Shown here piece after piece: positions 1 through 10,603 of a stretch of DNA of 64,000 nucleotides. A program made the position numbers and the translations under genes. How positions within the stretch are numbered: position 1 is the stretch's first letter; every line of letters begins with the position of its first letter. The notes under the pieces were generated by a model, which worked only from the letters and a program-made list of their open reading frames with translations, was not told where the DNA came from and ran no database searches. Origin of the DNA: Oscillospiraceae bacterium (GTDB lineage: Bacteria; Bacillota; Clostridia; UMGS1840); assembly GCA_015068645.1 (NCBI GenBank), contig SVKD01000004.1:3054-67053 (forward strand), read 5' to 3'.

Positions 1-204
1 ACACCGCGGGCCACCGAAAAACCGCAAGCAACCAAACAACCCCAAACAGCTGTTACTTCGGCAAGCAGTAATTTGTATATTACGAAATCCGGCAGTAAAT
101 ATCATCGGGAGGGATGTAGTTCGCTTTCCAAATCTCAAATTCCGATTTCGTATGAAGATGCTGTGGCAAAAGGATATGAGCCTTGCGGAAGATGTAATCC
201 ATGA
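1..204 (+). CDS. 3' fragment of a CDS (5' end outside the window): Pro/Thr/Gln-rich linker followed by a Cys/His tail
   Basis: Frame 1 is open from the window edge to TGA at 202-204. The tail ...YITKSGSKYHREGCSSLSKSQIPISYEDAVAKGYEPCGRCNP resembles the small zinc-binding C-terminal tail on many secreted Firmicute nucleases and MBL-fold hydrolases (from memory, not searched). Confidence 0.5.
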   Translation, partial: TPRATEKPQATKQPQTAVTSASSNLYITKSGSKYHREGCSSLSKSQIPISYEDAVAKGYEPCGRCNP

Positions 205-267
205 TTATCTGTATGAAACGAGATTCGATAAAAAACATGAAATCAATTTGTTGACAGGGAGAGAATT

Positions 268-1542
268 ATGGCTAATAAAGAACAACTGATTCAAAAAATC
301 AATCAGGCGGATGAACGCCTTATAGAGCTTTACGGAAAAGAAAATGTTTCCGTTCAGAAAACTCGTTACATAGAGGCTGTTGAAAAATTTTGCGAGATTT
401 ATGGAGAACGTGATGATTTGATGATTTTTTCCGCACCGGGCAGAACTGAAATCGGCGGAAATCATACTGACCACAATTTAGGAAAAGTTCTGGCAGGGAG
501 CGTGAATTTAGATGTAATTGCCGTGGCTTCCAAAAATGCAGACGGACGTATTCGAGTGCAGTCTAAAGGGCATCGGGAGGCTGTTGTGGCAATTAATGAT
601 TTGGAAATTCACGAAGAGGAAGCAGAACAGTCTGTTTCCCTAGTTCGCGGCATGGCTGCTCGTTTTCAACAGTTAGGATATCAGATTGGTGGATTTGATA
701 CTTATTCCACGTCCAACGTTTTAAGAGGGTCCGGACTTTCTTCTTCCGCTGCTTTTGAAGTGCTCATTGGCACAATCTTAAACGGTTTATTTAACGATGA
801 AAAGGTATCAGCTGTGGAAATTGCGAAAATGTCCCAGTATGCTGAAAACGAATATTTTAAAAAACCTTGCGGACTGATGGATCAGATGGCATCTTCCGTA
901 GGTGGTATTATTACCATTGATTTTAAAGAAAAAGAAAGTCCTGTTATCGAAAAAGTAAACTTTGATTTTCAAAAAAGCGGATATGCGCTTTGTATTGTGG
1001 ATACCGGTGGAAATCACTCGGATTTAACCAATGAGTATGCAAGTATCCCCGGTGAAATGAAAGCAGTGGCAGGGTATTTTGGTAAATCTGTGTTGAGAGA
1101 AGTTACCAAAGAAGAAATCCTTACCAATATTGTTGCATTGCGGAAACAGTTTGGCGATAGAGCCGTGCTTCGTTCCTTGCATTATTTAGATGATAATGCT
1201 CGTGTGGAAAAAGAAGTTGAAGCTTTAAACAATGATGATTTCGAATCCTTCAAGCAGGAAATTATTGCATCAGGTAATTCTTCCTTCAGATTCCTGCAGA
1301 ATGTGTACGCGACGGTGAATCCCAAAGAACAGGGATTATCTTTGGCAATTTATATTGCTGAGAAAATGTTGGAAGGAAAAGGAGCATACAGAGTGCACGG
1401 AGGTGGATTTGGCGGTACTACCCAGAATTTTGTGCCCGTGGAAATGGTAGATGCATTTAAATCTGCTGTGGAACGTGTATTTGGGGAAGGTAAGTGCCAT
1501 ATTCTCTTTATCAGAAATCACGGAGGCATCAGAGTATTATGA
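268..1542 (+). CDS. galK: galactokinase (GHMP kinase)
   Basis: 424-aa ORF with GHMP motifs PGRTEIGGNHTDH and GSGLSSSAAFE. GGGAGAG RBS upstream. Stop overlaps the galT start (ATGA). Confidence 0.9.
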   Translation: MANKEQLIQKINQADERLIELYGKENVSVQKTRYIEAVEKFCEIYGERDDLMIFSAPGRTEIGGNHTDHNLGKVLAGSVNLDVIAVASKNADGRIRVQSKGHREAVVAINDLEIHEEEAEQSVSLVRGMAARFQQLGYQIGGFDTYSTSNVLRGSGLSSSAAFEVLIGTILNGLFNDEKVSAVEIAKMSQYAENEYFKKPCGLMDQMASSVGGIITIDFKEKESPVIEKVNFDFQKSGYALCIVDTGGNHSDLTNEYASIPGEMKAVAGYFGKSVLREVTKEEILTNIVALRKQFGDRAVLRSLHYLDDNARVEKEVEALNNDDFESFKQEIIASGNSSFRFLQNVYATVNPKEQGLSLAIYIAEKMLEGKGAYRVHGGGFGGTTQNFVPVEMVDAFKSAVERVFGEGKCHILFIRNHGGIRVL

Positions 1543-2918
1543 TTAACAAATATTTGTCCGAACTGTTGGATTACGGCATCAAAAGGGAAATGATTACTCG
1601 TGAGGATGAATGTTATATTGTAAACCGCATTTTAAATTTAGTCGGTGCTTCTTCTTTTGAACGTGTGGAGTACACAGCTCATAACAGTTTGGAGGAGCTG
1701 TTGGGAGATTTATGCGATGTTGCCTTTGAAAACGGAAAATTAGAACAGAATACCGTTACATATCGTGATATTCTGTCTGCAGAAATTATGGATTATTTCA
1801 CGCCCACACCTGGTAATCTTTCCCGTGAATTTTGGGCAGCATACGAAGAAAATCCCGAAAAAGCAACCGATTTATTTTACAACTTATCCAAAAATTCCAA
1901 TTATATTATGACCGACCGTGTGAAACGGGATTTGAAATGGAAAACCAACACTTCTTATGGGGAGTTGGATATCACCATCAATTTATCCAAGCCTGAAAAA
2001 GACCCCAAGGAAATTGCGGCAGCCAAAACACAGAAACAGACAGGTTATCCCAAATGTTTGCTATGTCCCGAAAATGTTGGGTTCAAAGGTCATTCTAACC
2101 ATCCGCCCAGAGCCAATCATAGAATCATTTCTATGGAACTTTGCGGGGAAAAATGGGCGCTTCAGTATTCGCCCTATGTATATTATAATGAGCATTGTAT
2201 TCTGTTAAACTGTGAGCACACTCCCATGAAAATCAATCGTGCCACTTTTTCAAAATTACTTCATTTTGTGAAAAAATTCCCTCATTATTTTGTGGGTTCC
2301 AATGCAGATTTACCCATTGTGGGCGGTTCTATTTTAACTCACGACCATTTTCAAGGCGGAAACTATGAATTCCCTATGGCGAAATGTGGCAGTCGTTTTG
2401 CTGTTGAATTTGAAGGCTTTACAAACGTAAAAGCGTATGTGGTGGACTGGGCACTTTCTACCATTCGTTTAGTTGGTGATTCTATTGAAGAACTGTGTGA
2501 TTTGGGGGATAAAATCTTAACTACCTGGCGTGGATATTCCGATGAATCCTGCGAAATTTTAGCACATACCGATGCACCTCATAACACCATCACTCCTATC
2601 GCAAGATATCGTGACGGTCATTTTGAACTGGATTTAATCTTACGAAATAATAGAACTACCGAAGAACATCCTTTGGGTATTTTCCATCCCCATAGTGAAT
2701 ATCACCATATCAAAAAGGAAAATATCGGGCTTATCGAAGCAATGGGCCTGGCAGTACTGCCTGCTCGTTTGAAAAACGAGCTTGGTGAGTTAACAGATTC
2801 CAAAAAAGAAGAAGTGGGACAGATTTTTGCCAAGATTTTGGAAAACTGCGGTGTGTTTAAGAATACCGAGGCAGGAAATGATGGTATGAAAAAATTTGTT
2901 GCCGCGGTAAACGGTTAA
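1539..2918 (+). CDS. galT: UDP-glucose--hexose-1-phosphate uridylyltransferase (long Firmicute-type GalT)
   Basis: ORF 1494..2918. Start moved to ATG 1539 (MINKYLSELL), which overlaps the galK stop. Contains LTHDHFQGG. Leloir-pathway partner of galK. Confidence 0.88.
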   Translation: MINKYLSELLDYGIKREMITREDECYIVNRILNLVGASSFERVEYTAHNSLEELLGDLCDVAFENGKLEQNTVTYRDILSAEIMDYFTPTPGNLSREFWAAYEENPEKATDLFYNLSKNSNYIMTDRVKRDLKWKTNTSYGELDITINLSKPEKDPKEIAAAKTQKQTGYPKCLLCPENVGFKGHSNHPPRANHRIISMELCGEKWALQYSPYVYYNEHCILLNCEHTPMKINRATFSKLLHFVKKFPHYFVGSNADLPIVGGSILTHDHFQGGNYEFPMAKCGSRFAVEFEGFTNVKAYVVDWALSTIRLVGDSIEELCDLGDKILTTWRGYSDESCEILAHTDAPHNTITPIARYRDGHFELDLILRNNRTTEEHPLGIFHPHSEYHHIKKENIGLIEAMGLAVLPARLKNELGELTDSKKEEVGQIFAKILENCGVFKNTEAGNDGMKKFVAAVNG

Positions 2919-3470
2919 ATGAAAAATATGAACACCAAAGTATTTTTGTTGTCACTGACTTCATTTCGTGAAAAATATCCTGATGCTACCAAACGGGAAA
3001 TTGAAAAAATAGCCGGTGATTATGCCCTCAGAAAAGTTTTTTCCGATTTATTTGATGTAAGAGAATTTAAAATCAACCGTGACGGAAAACCCGCTATCAA
3101 GGATAGTCCGTATCATTTCAATCTTTCCCATAGCGGTGATTGGTTATTGTTGGCGGTGGGAGATGCTCCCGTGGGTGCAGATATTGAAAAAATCACCAGA
3201 ATCCGCCCGAAAACGATGGAAAAGTATTTTACGAAATCGGAACAAGAGAGAGTAAAGAAAAACGGTACCAAGGCGTTTTTTGAACTCTGGTGCCAAAAAG
3301 AAAGTTATGTGAAATACACAGGCGAAGGAATCAAAGCCTTATCCAAAGAATCCAAAGATTTGATTTATCCCGAAGGTATTGCTTTCTTTTCTAAAAAATT
3401 TGAAGATTATCAAATCTCGGTTTGTACCGACAAAGAGGATTTACCGAGCAAAATTGAAATATTGCAATAA
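2919..3470 (+). CDS. 4'-phosphopantetheinyl transferase, Sfp type
   Basis: 183 aa with FNLSHSGDW, GADIE and WCQKESYVKYTGEG motifs. Its ATG directly abuts the galT TAA. Confidence 0.8.
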   Translation: MKNMNTKVFLLSLTSFREKYPDATKREIEKIAGDYALRKVFSDLFDVREFKINRDGKPAIKDSPYHFNLSHSGDWLLLAVGDAPVGADIEKITRIRPKTMEKYFTKSEQERVKKNGTKAFFELWCQKESYVKYTGEGIKALSKESKDLIYPEGIAFFSKKFEDYQISVCTDKEDLPSKIEILQ

Positions 3471-3504
3471 AAAAAGCTTCTGCATTGCAGAAGCTTTTTT
3501 GTTT
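3468..3504. terminator. bidirectional intrinsic terminator (convergent PPTase and queA)
   Basis: AAGCTTCTGC-att-GCAGAAGCTT is a perfect 10-bp stem, flanked by an A-run 5' and a T-run 3'. Confidence 0.85.
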
Positions 3505-4529
3505 TACAATAATAGCATACAGTCGCCAAAGGAGAAAAATCTGTATTCATTTTCTTTGGCTTTTTCGTAGGCGTTTAGGATTTTTTCACGGTCGGATAAT
3601 GCAGAAACCAACATCAAAAGGGTGGATTTCGGCAAGTGGAAATTGGTTAATAATCCGTCAATGACTTTGAACTCATAACCGGGGTAAATAAAGATTTCGG
3701 TTTCGCCGGAGCAGGGGACGATACCGCCTTGTTCCTGCGCCATTGCTTCCAAGGTACGAAGACTGGTGGTGCCAACCGAAATAATCCGTCTGCCTTCTTT
3801 TTTGGCAAGATTTAGGATATCTGCTGTTTCTTTGGGCACCTGATACCATTCCTTATGCATCTTGTGGTTATTCACATCATCCACGCTGACGGGACGGAAA
3901 GTTCCCAGTCCTACGTGCAGGGTCACATAGCAGGTGATAACCCCTTTTTCTTCCAGCCGTTTGATATATTCTTCGGTAAAGTGAAGACCTGCGGTAGGAG
4001 CCGCAGCGGAACCGTCAAATTTGGCATACACGGTCTGATAACGGTTTTTATCTTCCAGTTTTTCTTTGATGTAAGGAGGGAGGGGCATATTGCCCAGTTT
4101 TTCTAAAATTGTTTCAAACACGCCGTCGTAGAAGAATTTTACAATTCGTCCGCCGTCATCTAATTCTTCAATCACCTCGGCTACTAATTCGCCATTACCG
4201 AAAATAATTCTGCCGTTTAATTTGATACGTTTGGCAGGTTTCATTAACACTTCCCATTCGTCTAAATTGCGACGTTTTAAAAGAAGCACCTCGATATGAG
4301 CGGTGCCGCCTTCTTTCACGCCGTACAGACGGGCAGGGAGCACACGGGTGTTGTTAAACACCAGCACGTCGCCGGGTTTTACATATTCAATTAAATGATA
4401 AAACCGACTGTGCACAATGTTACCGGTTTCTTTATCAAGCACCATCATTTTGGAGGAGGTGCGGTCTTTTAGGGGAGTTTGTGCTATCATTTCTTCGGGT
4501 AGCACATAGTTAAAATCGTCGGTTCTCAT
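3504..4529 (-). CDS. queA: S-adenosylmethionine:tRNA ribosyltransferase-isomerase
   Basis: 341 aa. Typical N-terminus [20 protein letters not shown] and full-length QueA-like sequence. Confidence 0.93.
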   Translation of the reverse strand: MRTDDFNYVLPEEMIAQTPLKDRTSSKMMVLDKETGNIVHSRFYHLIEYVKPGDVLVFNNTRVLPARLYGVKEGGTAHIEVLLLKRRNLDEWEVLMKPAKRIKLNGRIIFGNGELVAEVIEELDDGGRIVKFFYDGVFETILEKLGNMPLPPYIKEKLEDKNRYQTVYAKFDGSAAAPTAGLHFTEEYIKRLEEKGVITCYVTLHVGLGTFRPVSVDDVNNHKMHKEWYQVPKETADILNLAKKEGRRIISVGTTSLRTLEAMAQEQGGIVPCSGETEIFIYPGYEFKVIDGLLTNFHLPKSTLLMLVSALSDREKILNAYEKAKENEYRFFSFGDCMLLL

Positions 4530-5257
4530 AGGTTCTCCTTGTATTCTTCGGGTACGATTTCCAAAAGAGTGATTTCGGCAGGGGTTAGTTCTCTGTATTC
4601 ACCAAGCTTTAAGGAATCGTCAAGCAAAAGACTTCCGATTTGTACCCGTTTTAAGTAGGTCACGGTGGCACCAAGTGCTTCAAACATTCGCTTCACCTGA
4701 TGAAATTTTCCTTCAAAAATGGTGAGGTGACAAGTATTCTCCGATAAAATTTCCAAAAAAGCACTTTTACACTCATAGCCATCGTCAATGGTGATTCCGC
4801 TTTTGAATTTTGCAATCCATTCGGGGATCATCGGTTTATCAATTTGAACAAAATATTTTTTGTTGACGTGGTTTTTCGGCCCTGTTACCCGATGGGCAAG
4901 TTTACCGTCGGTGGTTAAAAACACAAATCCCTCGGTATCTTTATCCAGACGTCCTGCAGGGAATACTTTGTTTTTCGGAACTTCATCATCAGGGAGTAAA
5001 TCCAGTACTGTTTTTTCCCGCAAATCCTCAGTGGCACAGATATAGCCATCCGGTTTATTCATCATCAGATGATAATGCTCTCGGTAGCAAACAGGAATTC
5101 CACTTGCGATAATATCTGCTTCGTCAGGATTTACCTTGGTCGCCGGGTCAGTAATTACGGTTTCGTTTACCGTTACAGCACCTGAACGAATTAATTTTAC
5201 CACTTCTTTTCTCGAACCTACCATGGCGTTTGCTAAAATTTTATCCAGTCGTTCCAT
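4526..5257 (-). CDS. rRNA pseudouridine synthase, RsuA/RluB family (S4 domain plus catalytic GRLDKDTEG)
   Basis: 243 aa with an S4-like N-terminus and catalytic motif [18 protein letters not shown]. 4-nt overlap with queA. Confidence 0.85.
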   Translation of the reverse strand: MERLDKILANAMVGSRKEVVKLIRSGAVTVNETVITDPATKVNPDEADIIASGIPVCYREHYHLMMNKPDGYICATEDLREKTVLDLLPDDEVPKNKVFPAGRLDKDTEGFVFLTTDGKLAHRVTGPKNHVNKKYFVQIDKPMIPEWIAKFKSGITIDDGYECKSAFLEILSENTCHLTIFEGKFHQVKRMFEALGATVTYLKRVQIGSLLLDDSLKLGEYRELTPAEITLLEIVPEEYKENL

Positions 5258-5267
5258 TTTATTTCCT

Positions 5268-7265
5268 CTATTTCACCTGGAATTTTTCGTAATCCTCCTG
5301 AACTTCCTCCTGACCGTCTTGGAAGTATTCTGCGATAACTTCTCTTGCAGCAGGAGCAATAGAGTTCCCGTGGGCACCATGTTCTACTACAACGGAAATA
5401 GCAATCTGAGGATTATCATACGGCGCAAAGGCAACAAACAGACCATTATTGGTGCCCGGCACTTCTGCTGTACCTGTTTTACCGCCTACCGGAATAGAGA
5501 AATCTGTAAAGGTGCTGCTGGCGGTACCGTCTTCGGTAACGGAACGCATACCTTCCATAATTGCCGTATAGTTTTCCGGTTGAATGGAAATGGTATCCAA
5601 AGCAGTGGGATGAATTTCCTTAATCTCACCGGTAGCACGGTCTTTGATTCGATAGAGCAGGTGTGTTTCATATCTGGTTCCGCCGTTTACCACGGTAGCA
5701 ATATAGTTAGAAAGTTGCAGAGGGGTGTACAGATTATCAGATTGACCGATGGATGCTTGCAGTACATCCCCTGGATACCAGGGTTCATCAATTTTTTTAC
5801 GGTATTCGGGACCTGCCACAATTCCTTTTTCTTCGCCGGGAATTTCGATACCGGTGTATTCACCCAAGCCAACTTTTTTGGCATATTCGTTGAGCTTTTC
5901 AATACCAAGTTTGCGGCCCATTTCGTAAAAATAATAGTTACAGGATACTTTGATGGCATCCGATACATTTACATATCCGTGATTTGCAGGATACACATGA
6001 CAGGTGGGTTGATAATCTTTAAAGTATGTGTATTTCCCCAGGTCTTGCACATATTCACCGGGGGAAGCAATATTTTCTTCTAAAATTGCCAAAGAGGTCA
6101 GAATTTTAAAGGTGGAGCCGGGAGCATAGGTTCCTGAAATTGCACGGTTCCAGAATGGTTTTAAAGGATTGCTGTAATTTTGAGCATAATCTTTTTGGAA
6201 ATTGGAAAGGTCGTAATCCGGATAGGATGCCATTGCCAATACTTCACCGGTATGCACATCCACCACGGTAATAGCTCCACCGCCAATATCGGAAATGCTG
6301 TTTCCCAGTTCTGCGATAATATTTTCCAAAGCTTCTTCTGCTGTTTTTTGCAGGTCCAGATCGATAGTTAAAATCAGGTCATTTCCGGGAACTGCATTTT
6401 GCAGAACGTCTGTTTGCGTGATTTTTCCATATTCATTCTGTTCTATTTTTACAATACCGTCTTTCCCTTTTAATTCCAGATCGTAAACTTTTTCAATGCC
6501 TTCTTTACCGATAATATCAGTGAAGCCGTAACCTAAGTCTTTCAGCTCATCATATTCTTCCTTGTAAATCAAACCAACACGGCCCAGCAGATGAGGAGCA
6601 ACCGCCTCCGGATACAATCTGTCGTAAGACGTTACGATATTGGCACCGGGATAGCTTCGGTCATTTTCTTTAATGATGGTTACCACATTCATATTTACAT
6701 TTTTTGCAAATATATAGGGGTTATTCTGAGAGAATTCTCTTTGTTCCATTTCTGAGCGGACTGCAACCATTTTTCTCAGATATTCCGCAGGGATATCTGA
6801 CGGGAGCTGATAACGCTTAGTTAATTCTTTCATACATTTTTCTGCAGAGATATCTTCAGGAAGCTCCAGATTTGAGAAGAATGTTTTTAATTCATCAGCG
6901 GGCATGGTGTAGGTATAAGGAAGTTCAGAAATGGGCAAGTTGTCCACAAATTCCTGGTTTTCCCGTTCCATTAAACGAATCAGTTGATAAACGGTATCAT
7001 TCACCCATTTGGTATCTTTTTTGTATTGTGTGATTTCCACGTTGTAGGTAATCTGGCTGGATACCAGTACCCGACCATAACGGTCTAATATTTCGCCTCG
7101 TTGTGCTTTTAGAGGCATGGTTTTTACCATGCGCTTCATAGAATCCTGAACGTATTCTTCGCCGTTAATAATCTGTAACGAGAACAGACGAAATACGATA
7201 AAAAGCAAAAATACAACTGCAATTACAAGGATAACTGCAATGCGGGAAAACAGATCTTTTTTCAT
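5268..7265 (-). CDS. mrdA: penicillin-binding protein 2 (elongation transpeptidase)
   Basis: 665 aa with an N-terminal TM segment and STFK, SCN and KTGTAE motifs. Follows mreBCD. Confidence 0.9.
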   Translation of the reverse strand: MKKDLFSRIAVILVIAVVFLLFIVFRLFSLQIINGEEYVQDSMKRMVKTMPLKAQRGEILDRYGRVLVSSQITYNVEITQYKKDTKWVNDTVYQLIRLMERENQEFVDNLPISELPYTYTMPADELKTFFSNLELPEDISAEKCMKELTKRYQLPSDIPAEYLRKMVAVRSEMEQREFSQNNPYIFAKNVNMNVVTIIKENDRSYPGANIVTSYDRLYPEAVAPHLLGRVGLIYKEEYDELKDLGYGFTDIIGKEGIEKVYDLELKGKDGIVKIEQNEYGKITQTDVLQNAVPGNDLILTIDLDLQKTAEEALENIIAELGNSISDIGGGAITVVDVHTGEVLAMASYPDYDLSNFQKDYAQNYSNPLKPFWNRAISGTYAPGSTFKILTSLAILEENIASPGEYVQDLGKYTYFKDYQPTCHVYPANHGYVNVSDAIKVSCNYYFYEMGRKLGIEKLNEYAKKVGLGEYTGIEIPGEEKGIVAGPEYRKKIDEPWYPGDVLQASIGQSDNLYTPLQLSNYIATVVNGGTRYETHLLYRIKDRATGEIKEIHPTALDTISIQPENYTAIMEGMRSVTEDGTASSTFTDFSIPVGGKTGTAEVPGTNNGLFVAFAPYDNPQIAISVVVEHGAHGNSIAPAAREVIAEYFQDGQEEVQEDYEKFQVK

Positions 7266-7771
7266 ATGCGAAACACACTCCTGTGTTTTTTACGATTTCG
7301 CTTCTGAACAAGGTGCATCAAAAGGAACATCGCAAAATTATAAACAAATTCCAGCAGGGCAGTGCGGTAGAGTAACACCCAGAAATTTCCTTCAAAAAGG
7401 GAGGTGAAAAGCGCATAGCACAGGGAATATAACAAGCAAGCTATCAATCCGTAAATAGCTTCTAAAACAAAGTTTTCGGAAAATGCACCGTGGTACAGTT
7501 CACGAATACCTAATGCAGTTAGTACCAACAGCGTTGTGTGAATGCCAAAAAAACGGCCGGATACACAGTCTGAGAAAAAGCCGAGAATAATAGCAGACCA
7601 TAGGGAATAGCCGGATTCTTTATGGAAAGAAAGGGCCAGCACAAACGCAAACACAAAATCGGGTGCTACCCCAAGAATACGAATTCTGTCAGCAAAAATA
7701 AGCTGTAACAAAAAGATTGCAGCTGCTAAGAAATATTTTTTTATTAAGTTTAAAAATTCCGGCTGAAACAT
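7262..7771 (-). CDS. mreD: rod shape-determining protein MreD
   Basis: 169-aa polytopic membrane protein immediately after mreC. Overlaps the mrdA start. Confidence 0.8.
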   Translation of the reverse strand: MFQPEFLNLIKKYFLAAAIFLLQLIFADRIRILGVAPDFVFAFVLALSFHKESGYSLWSAIILGFFSDCVSGRFFGIHTTLLVLTALGIRELYHGAFSENFVLEAIYGLIACLLYSLCYALFTSLFEGNFWVLLYRTALLEFVYNFAMFLLMHLVQKRNRKKHRSVFRI

Positions 7772-7794
7772 AGAATGAATCCTTTTATTTACAG

Positions 7795-8622
7795 TTATTT
7801 TTTGGTAATGACCAGAACTTCTTGGATGTTGGTAAAATCAACCAAAGGCATAATGGTGGCATATTGAGCGTTTTGTTGTTCGGAAACTTTGATTTCCTTG
7901 ATTTTTCCAATGGGAATTCCACGAGGATAAATTTCACCCAGACCGGAGGTTTCCACAAAATCACCTTCTGCAACGGTAAACTCTTTGGAAACGTAAAGCA
8001 TTTTTAACATACCGTTATTGACCAGTGTGGTGTCACCTTCTGCTACTGACACATCTCCCGTACGGGTAATACGACACCCTACAGAAGTGGAGGGGTCTAA
8101 AATGGTTTGCACTTTTGCCCATCCGTGACCTGCTTCGAATACCAAACCTATCAAACCGTTTTGCGACATCACTGCCTGATTTACGGCAATACCGCTTTCG
8201 GTGCCTTTATCAATGGTAATAAATCTTCCGTAGTTGGAACCGTCTTTGGCAATTACAGTTGCTGCAGTGGTTTGATATTCCGGATATTTTTCTTTGAGTT
8301 CCAAAAGACCTCTGAGACGCTCGTTCTCGGTTTCCAACGAGCTTAAAGAAGCATTTTCTTGTTCTAACAGATTGTTTTTATAAGTCAATTCATTTATGGA
8401 TTCCACAAGTTCCTTCTTATTCCCGAAAAAATTAAAAAAATTACCGGTGGAATTTGCAATGTTGGTGAAAAAACGGGCTACAGGTTTCACGGTGACATTT
8501 GCAATGTTATCCAAAAATGTCACATTGCCGCGATTTACTGCTGAACTGATGAGCAGTGTAGCGATAATTACCGCGAATACTACAGTAATAATAATCGGTT
8601 TTTTCCGATTGTTTCTTCTCAA
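7795..8622 (-). CDS. mreC: rod shape-determining protein MreC
   Basis: 275 aa with a TM anchor, a coiled coil and beta-barrel domains. Sits in the mreBCD context. Confidence 0.9.
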   Translation of the reverse strand: MRRNNRKKPIIITVVFAVIIATLLISSAVNRGNVTFLDNIANVTVKPVARFFTNIANSTGNFFNFFGNKKELVESINELTYKNNLLEQENASLSSLETENERLRGLLELKEKYPEYQTTAATVIAKDGSNYGRFITIDKGTESGIAVNQAVMSQNGLIGLVFEAGHGWAKVQTILDPSTSVGCRITRTGDVSVAEGDTTLVNNGMLKMLYVSKEFTVAEGDFVETSGLGEIYPRGIPIGKIKEIKVSEQQNAQYATIMPLVDFTNIQEVLVITKK

Positions 8623-8652
8623 AAAAATTCACCTCCCAAGGTAGTCAAACGA

Positions 8653-8687
8653 GAAAAAAGGAGTATACTCCGACGGGGAGCATACTG
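8653..8687 (-). terminator. intrinsic terminator/attenuator between mreB and mreC
   Basis: On the minus strand, AGTATGCTCC-ccgtc-GGAGTATACT (one mismatch) is followed by CCTTTTTT. Confidence 0.6.
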
Positions 8688-8710
8688 TTAGACGAGATTG
8701 CCACAAAGAA

Positions 8711-9748
8711 TTATCTGCGATAATGTTTCATTTGTCGTCTGTCGTTATTGAGCATTTTTAACACGTCAATTTCTTCCAGCAGAAGTCCTGCGCCCATTGC
8801 TACGCAATCCAATGCATTTTCTGCAGCTTTGACAGGCAGCATGGTTTCTTTTGCCAGCAAGGTGTCCAATCCGCGAAGCAGAGCACCGCCACCGGTTAAG
8901 GTGATTCCTTTGCCAACAATGTCTGCGGCTAACTCAGGAGGGGTATTTTCCAGTGTTTCTTTCACTGCATCCACAATATGTTTGATGGGTTCTTCCAGCG
9001 CTTCTCTCACTTCTAAAGCAGTGATTTCAATATTTCTGGGAAGACCGGAAATTAAGTCACGACCGCGAACATCAACAGAATCTTCCAAACCGGAACATTC
9101 ATATACAGAACCGATACGGATTTTCACTGCTTCTGCAGTTCTGTCACCCACGTTTAAGTTGTGATTCTTCTTAATGTAGTTTGCGATGGCAGAATCAAAT
9201 GCATCCCCGGCAATTCGAACACTTTTGGCGGTAACGATGGCACCTAAAGAAATCACAGCAACTTCACTGGTACCACCACCGATATCTAACACCATATTTC
9301 CGAATGCATCAATGATCTGCAGACCTGCGCCTACAGCGGATGCCATGGATTCTTCCACAATATAAACCTCTTTGGCACCGGATTGCAGCACAGCATCCTC
9401 AACGGCACGTTTTTCCACCTCGGTTACACCTGCGGGGACGCAGGCAACTACACGGGGTTTTGCAAAAATACTGCCTTTTAAAACCTTCTTTAAAAAGAAT
9501 TTAATCATTTTGTAGGTCATAGCAAAATCGGAGATAACACCTTCGCTTAAAGGGCGCACTGCGATAATGCTGTCAGGTGTTCTGCCCACCATTTCTTTTG
9601 CTTCGTTACCAACTGCCAAAACGTCTTTGGTATAACGGTTAATAGCAACAACAGAGGGTTCTCTTAACACAATCCCTCTTCCTTTTACGTAAATTAAAGT
9701 ATTTGCGGTACCTAAATCAATACCGATATCTCTTGCAAACATAGACAT
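8711..9748 (-). CDS. mreB: rod shape-determining protein MreB (actin homolog)
   Basis: 345 aa. DIGIDLGTANT and DIGGGTSEVAV actin-fold motifs. Confidence 0.95.
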   Translation of the reverse strand: MSMFARDIGIDLGTANTLIYVKGRGIVLREPSVVAINRYTKDVLAVGNEAKEMVGRTPDSIIAVRPLSEGVISDFAMTYKMIKFFLKKVLKGSIFAKPRVVACVPAGVTEVEKRAVEDAVLQSGAKEVYIVEESMASAVGAGLQIIDAFGNMVLDIGGGTSEVAVISLGAIVTAKSVRIAGDAFDSAIANYIKKNHNLNVGDRTAEAVKIRIGSVYECSGLEDSVDVRGRDLISGLPRNIEITALEVREALEEPIKHIVDAVKETLENTPPELAADIVGKGITLTGGGALLRGLDTLLAKETMLPVKAAENALDCVAMGAGLLLEEIDVLKMLNNDRRQMKHYRR

Positions 9749-9793
9749 TTTGCGATTTCTCCAATCCTTTTAGAATTCTTTATGTAAAGCAAA

Positions 9794-10063
9794 TTAAAAT
9801 ACAAACCGATAAAACAGGGAAGAAATTAAAATTCCCAAAATAACGGCAACATTCACGTGCAGGGAAAAACCCAGCGTAAATGATACAACTGATAGGTCCA
9901 ATACAATCGGCGAGGTCAATCCAATTGTTCGCCCGATAGAAAGCCAGCTCAGTGCGGCAATACCTTTCGAAAAATAAATCATCAGTTCTCCCAGCACAAC
10001 ACCAATCACCAAAATGATGAGTAGGGTAAGGACAGAAAACTGTTTTGCTTTTCCGCGTGCCAT
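9794..10063 (-). CDS. small membrane protein, DUF4321-like
   Basis: ORF 9794..10084. Start set at MARGKAKQF. Two or three TM segments. A position next to mreB is typical for this family in Clostridia (from memory). Confidence 0.55.
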   Translation of the reverse strand: MARGKAKQFSVLTLLIILVIGVVLGELMIYFSKGIAALSWLSIGRTIGLTSPIVLDLSVVSFTLGFSLHVNVAVILGILISSLFYRFVF

Positions 10064-10087
10064 GGTAACAATCCTCCTAGGCATATT

Positions 10088-10603
10088 TTATAAAATTTTG
10101 GAAAGTCGTTTTGTTAAGAGTTCTGCAATTATTCCGATCACGACAGAGGTAAACAAGGTGATAATGGCTGCTACGGGATATAAGCCGAACACAGCTGTGG
10201 ATTTTAACACAAGCATAGACATCAGATACTGAAGCGTGATGTGAGAAAATCCGCCTAGGGCACTGACACCTGCCATAGAAATTTTTTCTTTGCGATACAG
10301 ATGCATTCCCACAGCCATTGCCATACAGGCTCCAATGCTTCCTGCCATTGTGAATAGAAATGAGGAAAATCCCTGAAACAAAAAAGCGGAGAGCAGAATT
10401 TTAAGGCCTGTCATCAGAAAAGCTTCCAAAAAACCGAACAAGGATAAAAATACCAAAATCACTAAATTGGAAAATCCGAATTTGACACCCGGCACACCTA
10501 AAGGGACTATCCATTCCACCCAGGACAGTACAAACAGTGTGGCGAGACACAGTGCTCTGATCGTAATGCGGGATATTTTTTTGCTAGTAGGAGACTGCAT
10601 CAA
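10088..10603 (-). CDS. Gx transporter family membrane protein (Hpre_diP_synt_I-like)
   Basis: 171-aa polytopic protein. The canonical pairing with an upstream NusG-domain-II gene is present, with overlapping reading frames. Confidence 0.6.
   Translation of the reverse strand: MMQSPTSKKISRITIRALCLATLFVLSWVEWIVPLGVPGVKFGFSNLVILVFLSLFGFLEAFLMTGLKILLSAFLFQGFSSFLFTMAGSIGACMAMAVGMHLYRKEKISMAGVSALGGFSHITLQYLMSMLVLKSTAVFGLYPVAAIITLFTSVVIGIIAELLTKRLSKIL

Noticed and set aside
5136-6083. 315-aa plus-strand ORF. Similar long antisense ORFs lie at 25127-25705, 41939-42544, 59623-60150 and 16360-16767.
   Set aside because: Each lies entirely opposite a well-supported conserved gene (mrdA, the corrinoid protein, relA, the GT-C-like gene, tcdA). 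Their composition is low-complexity or odd and they have no RBS. They are shadow ORFs.
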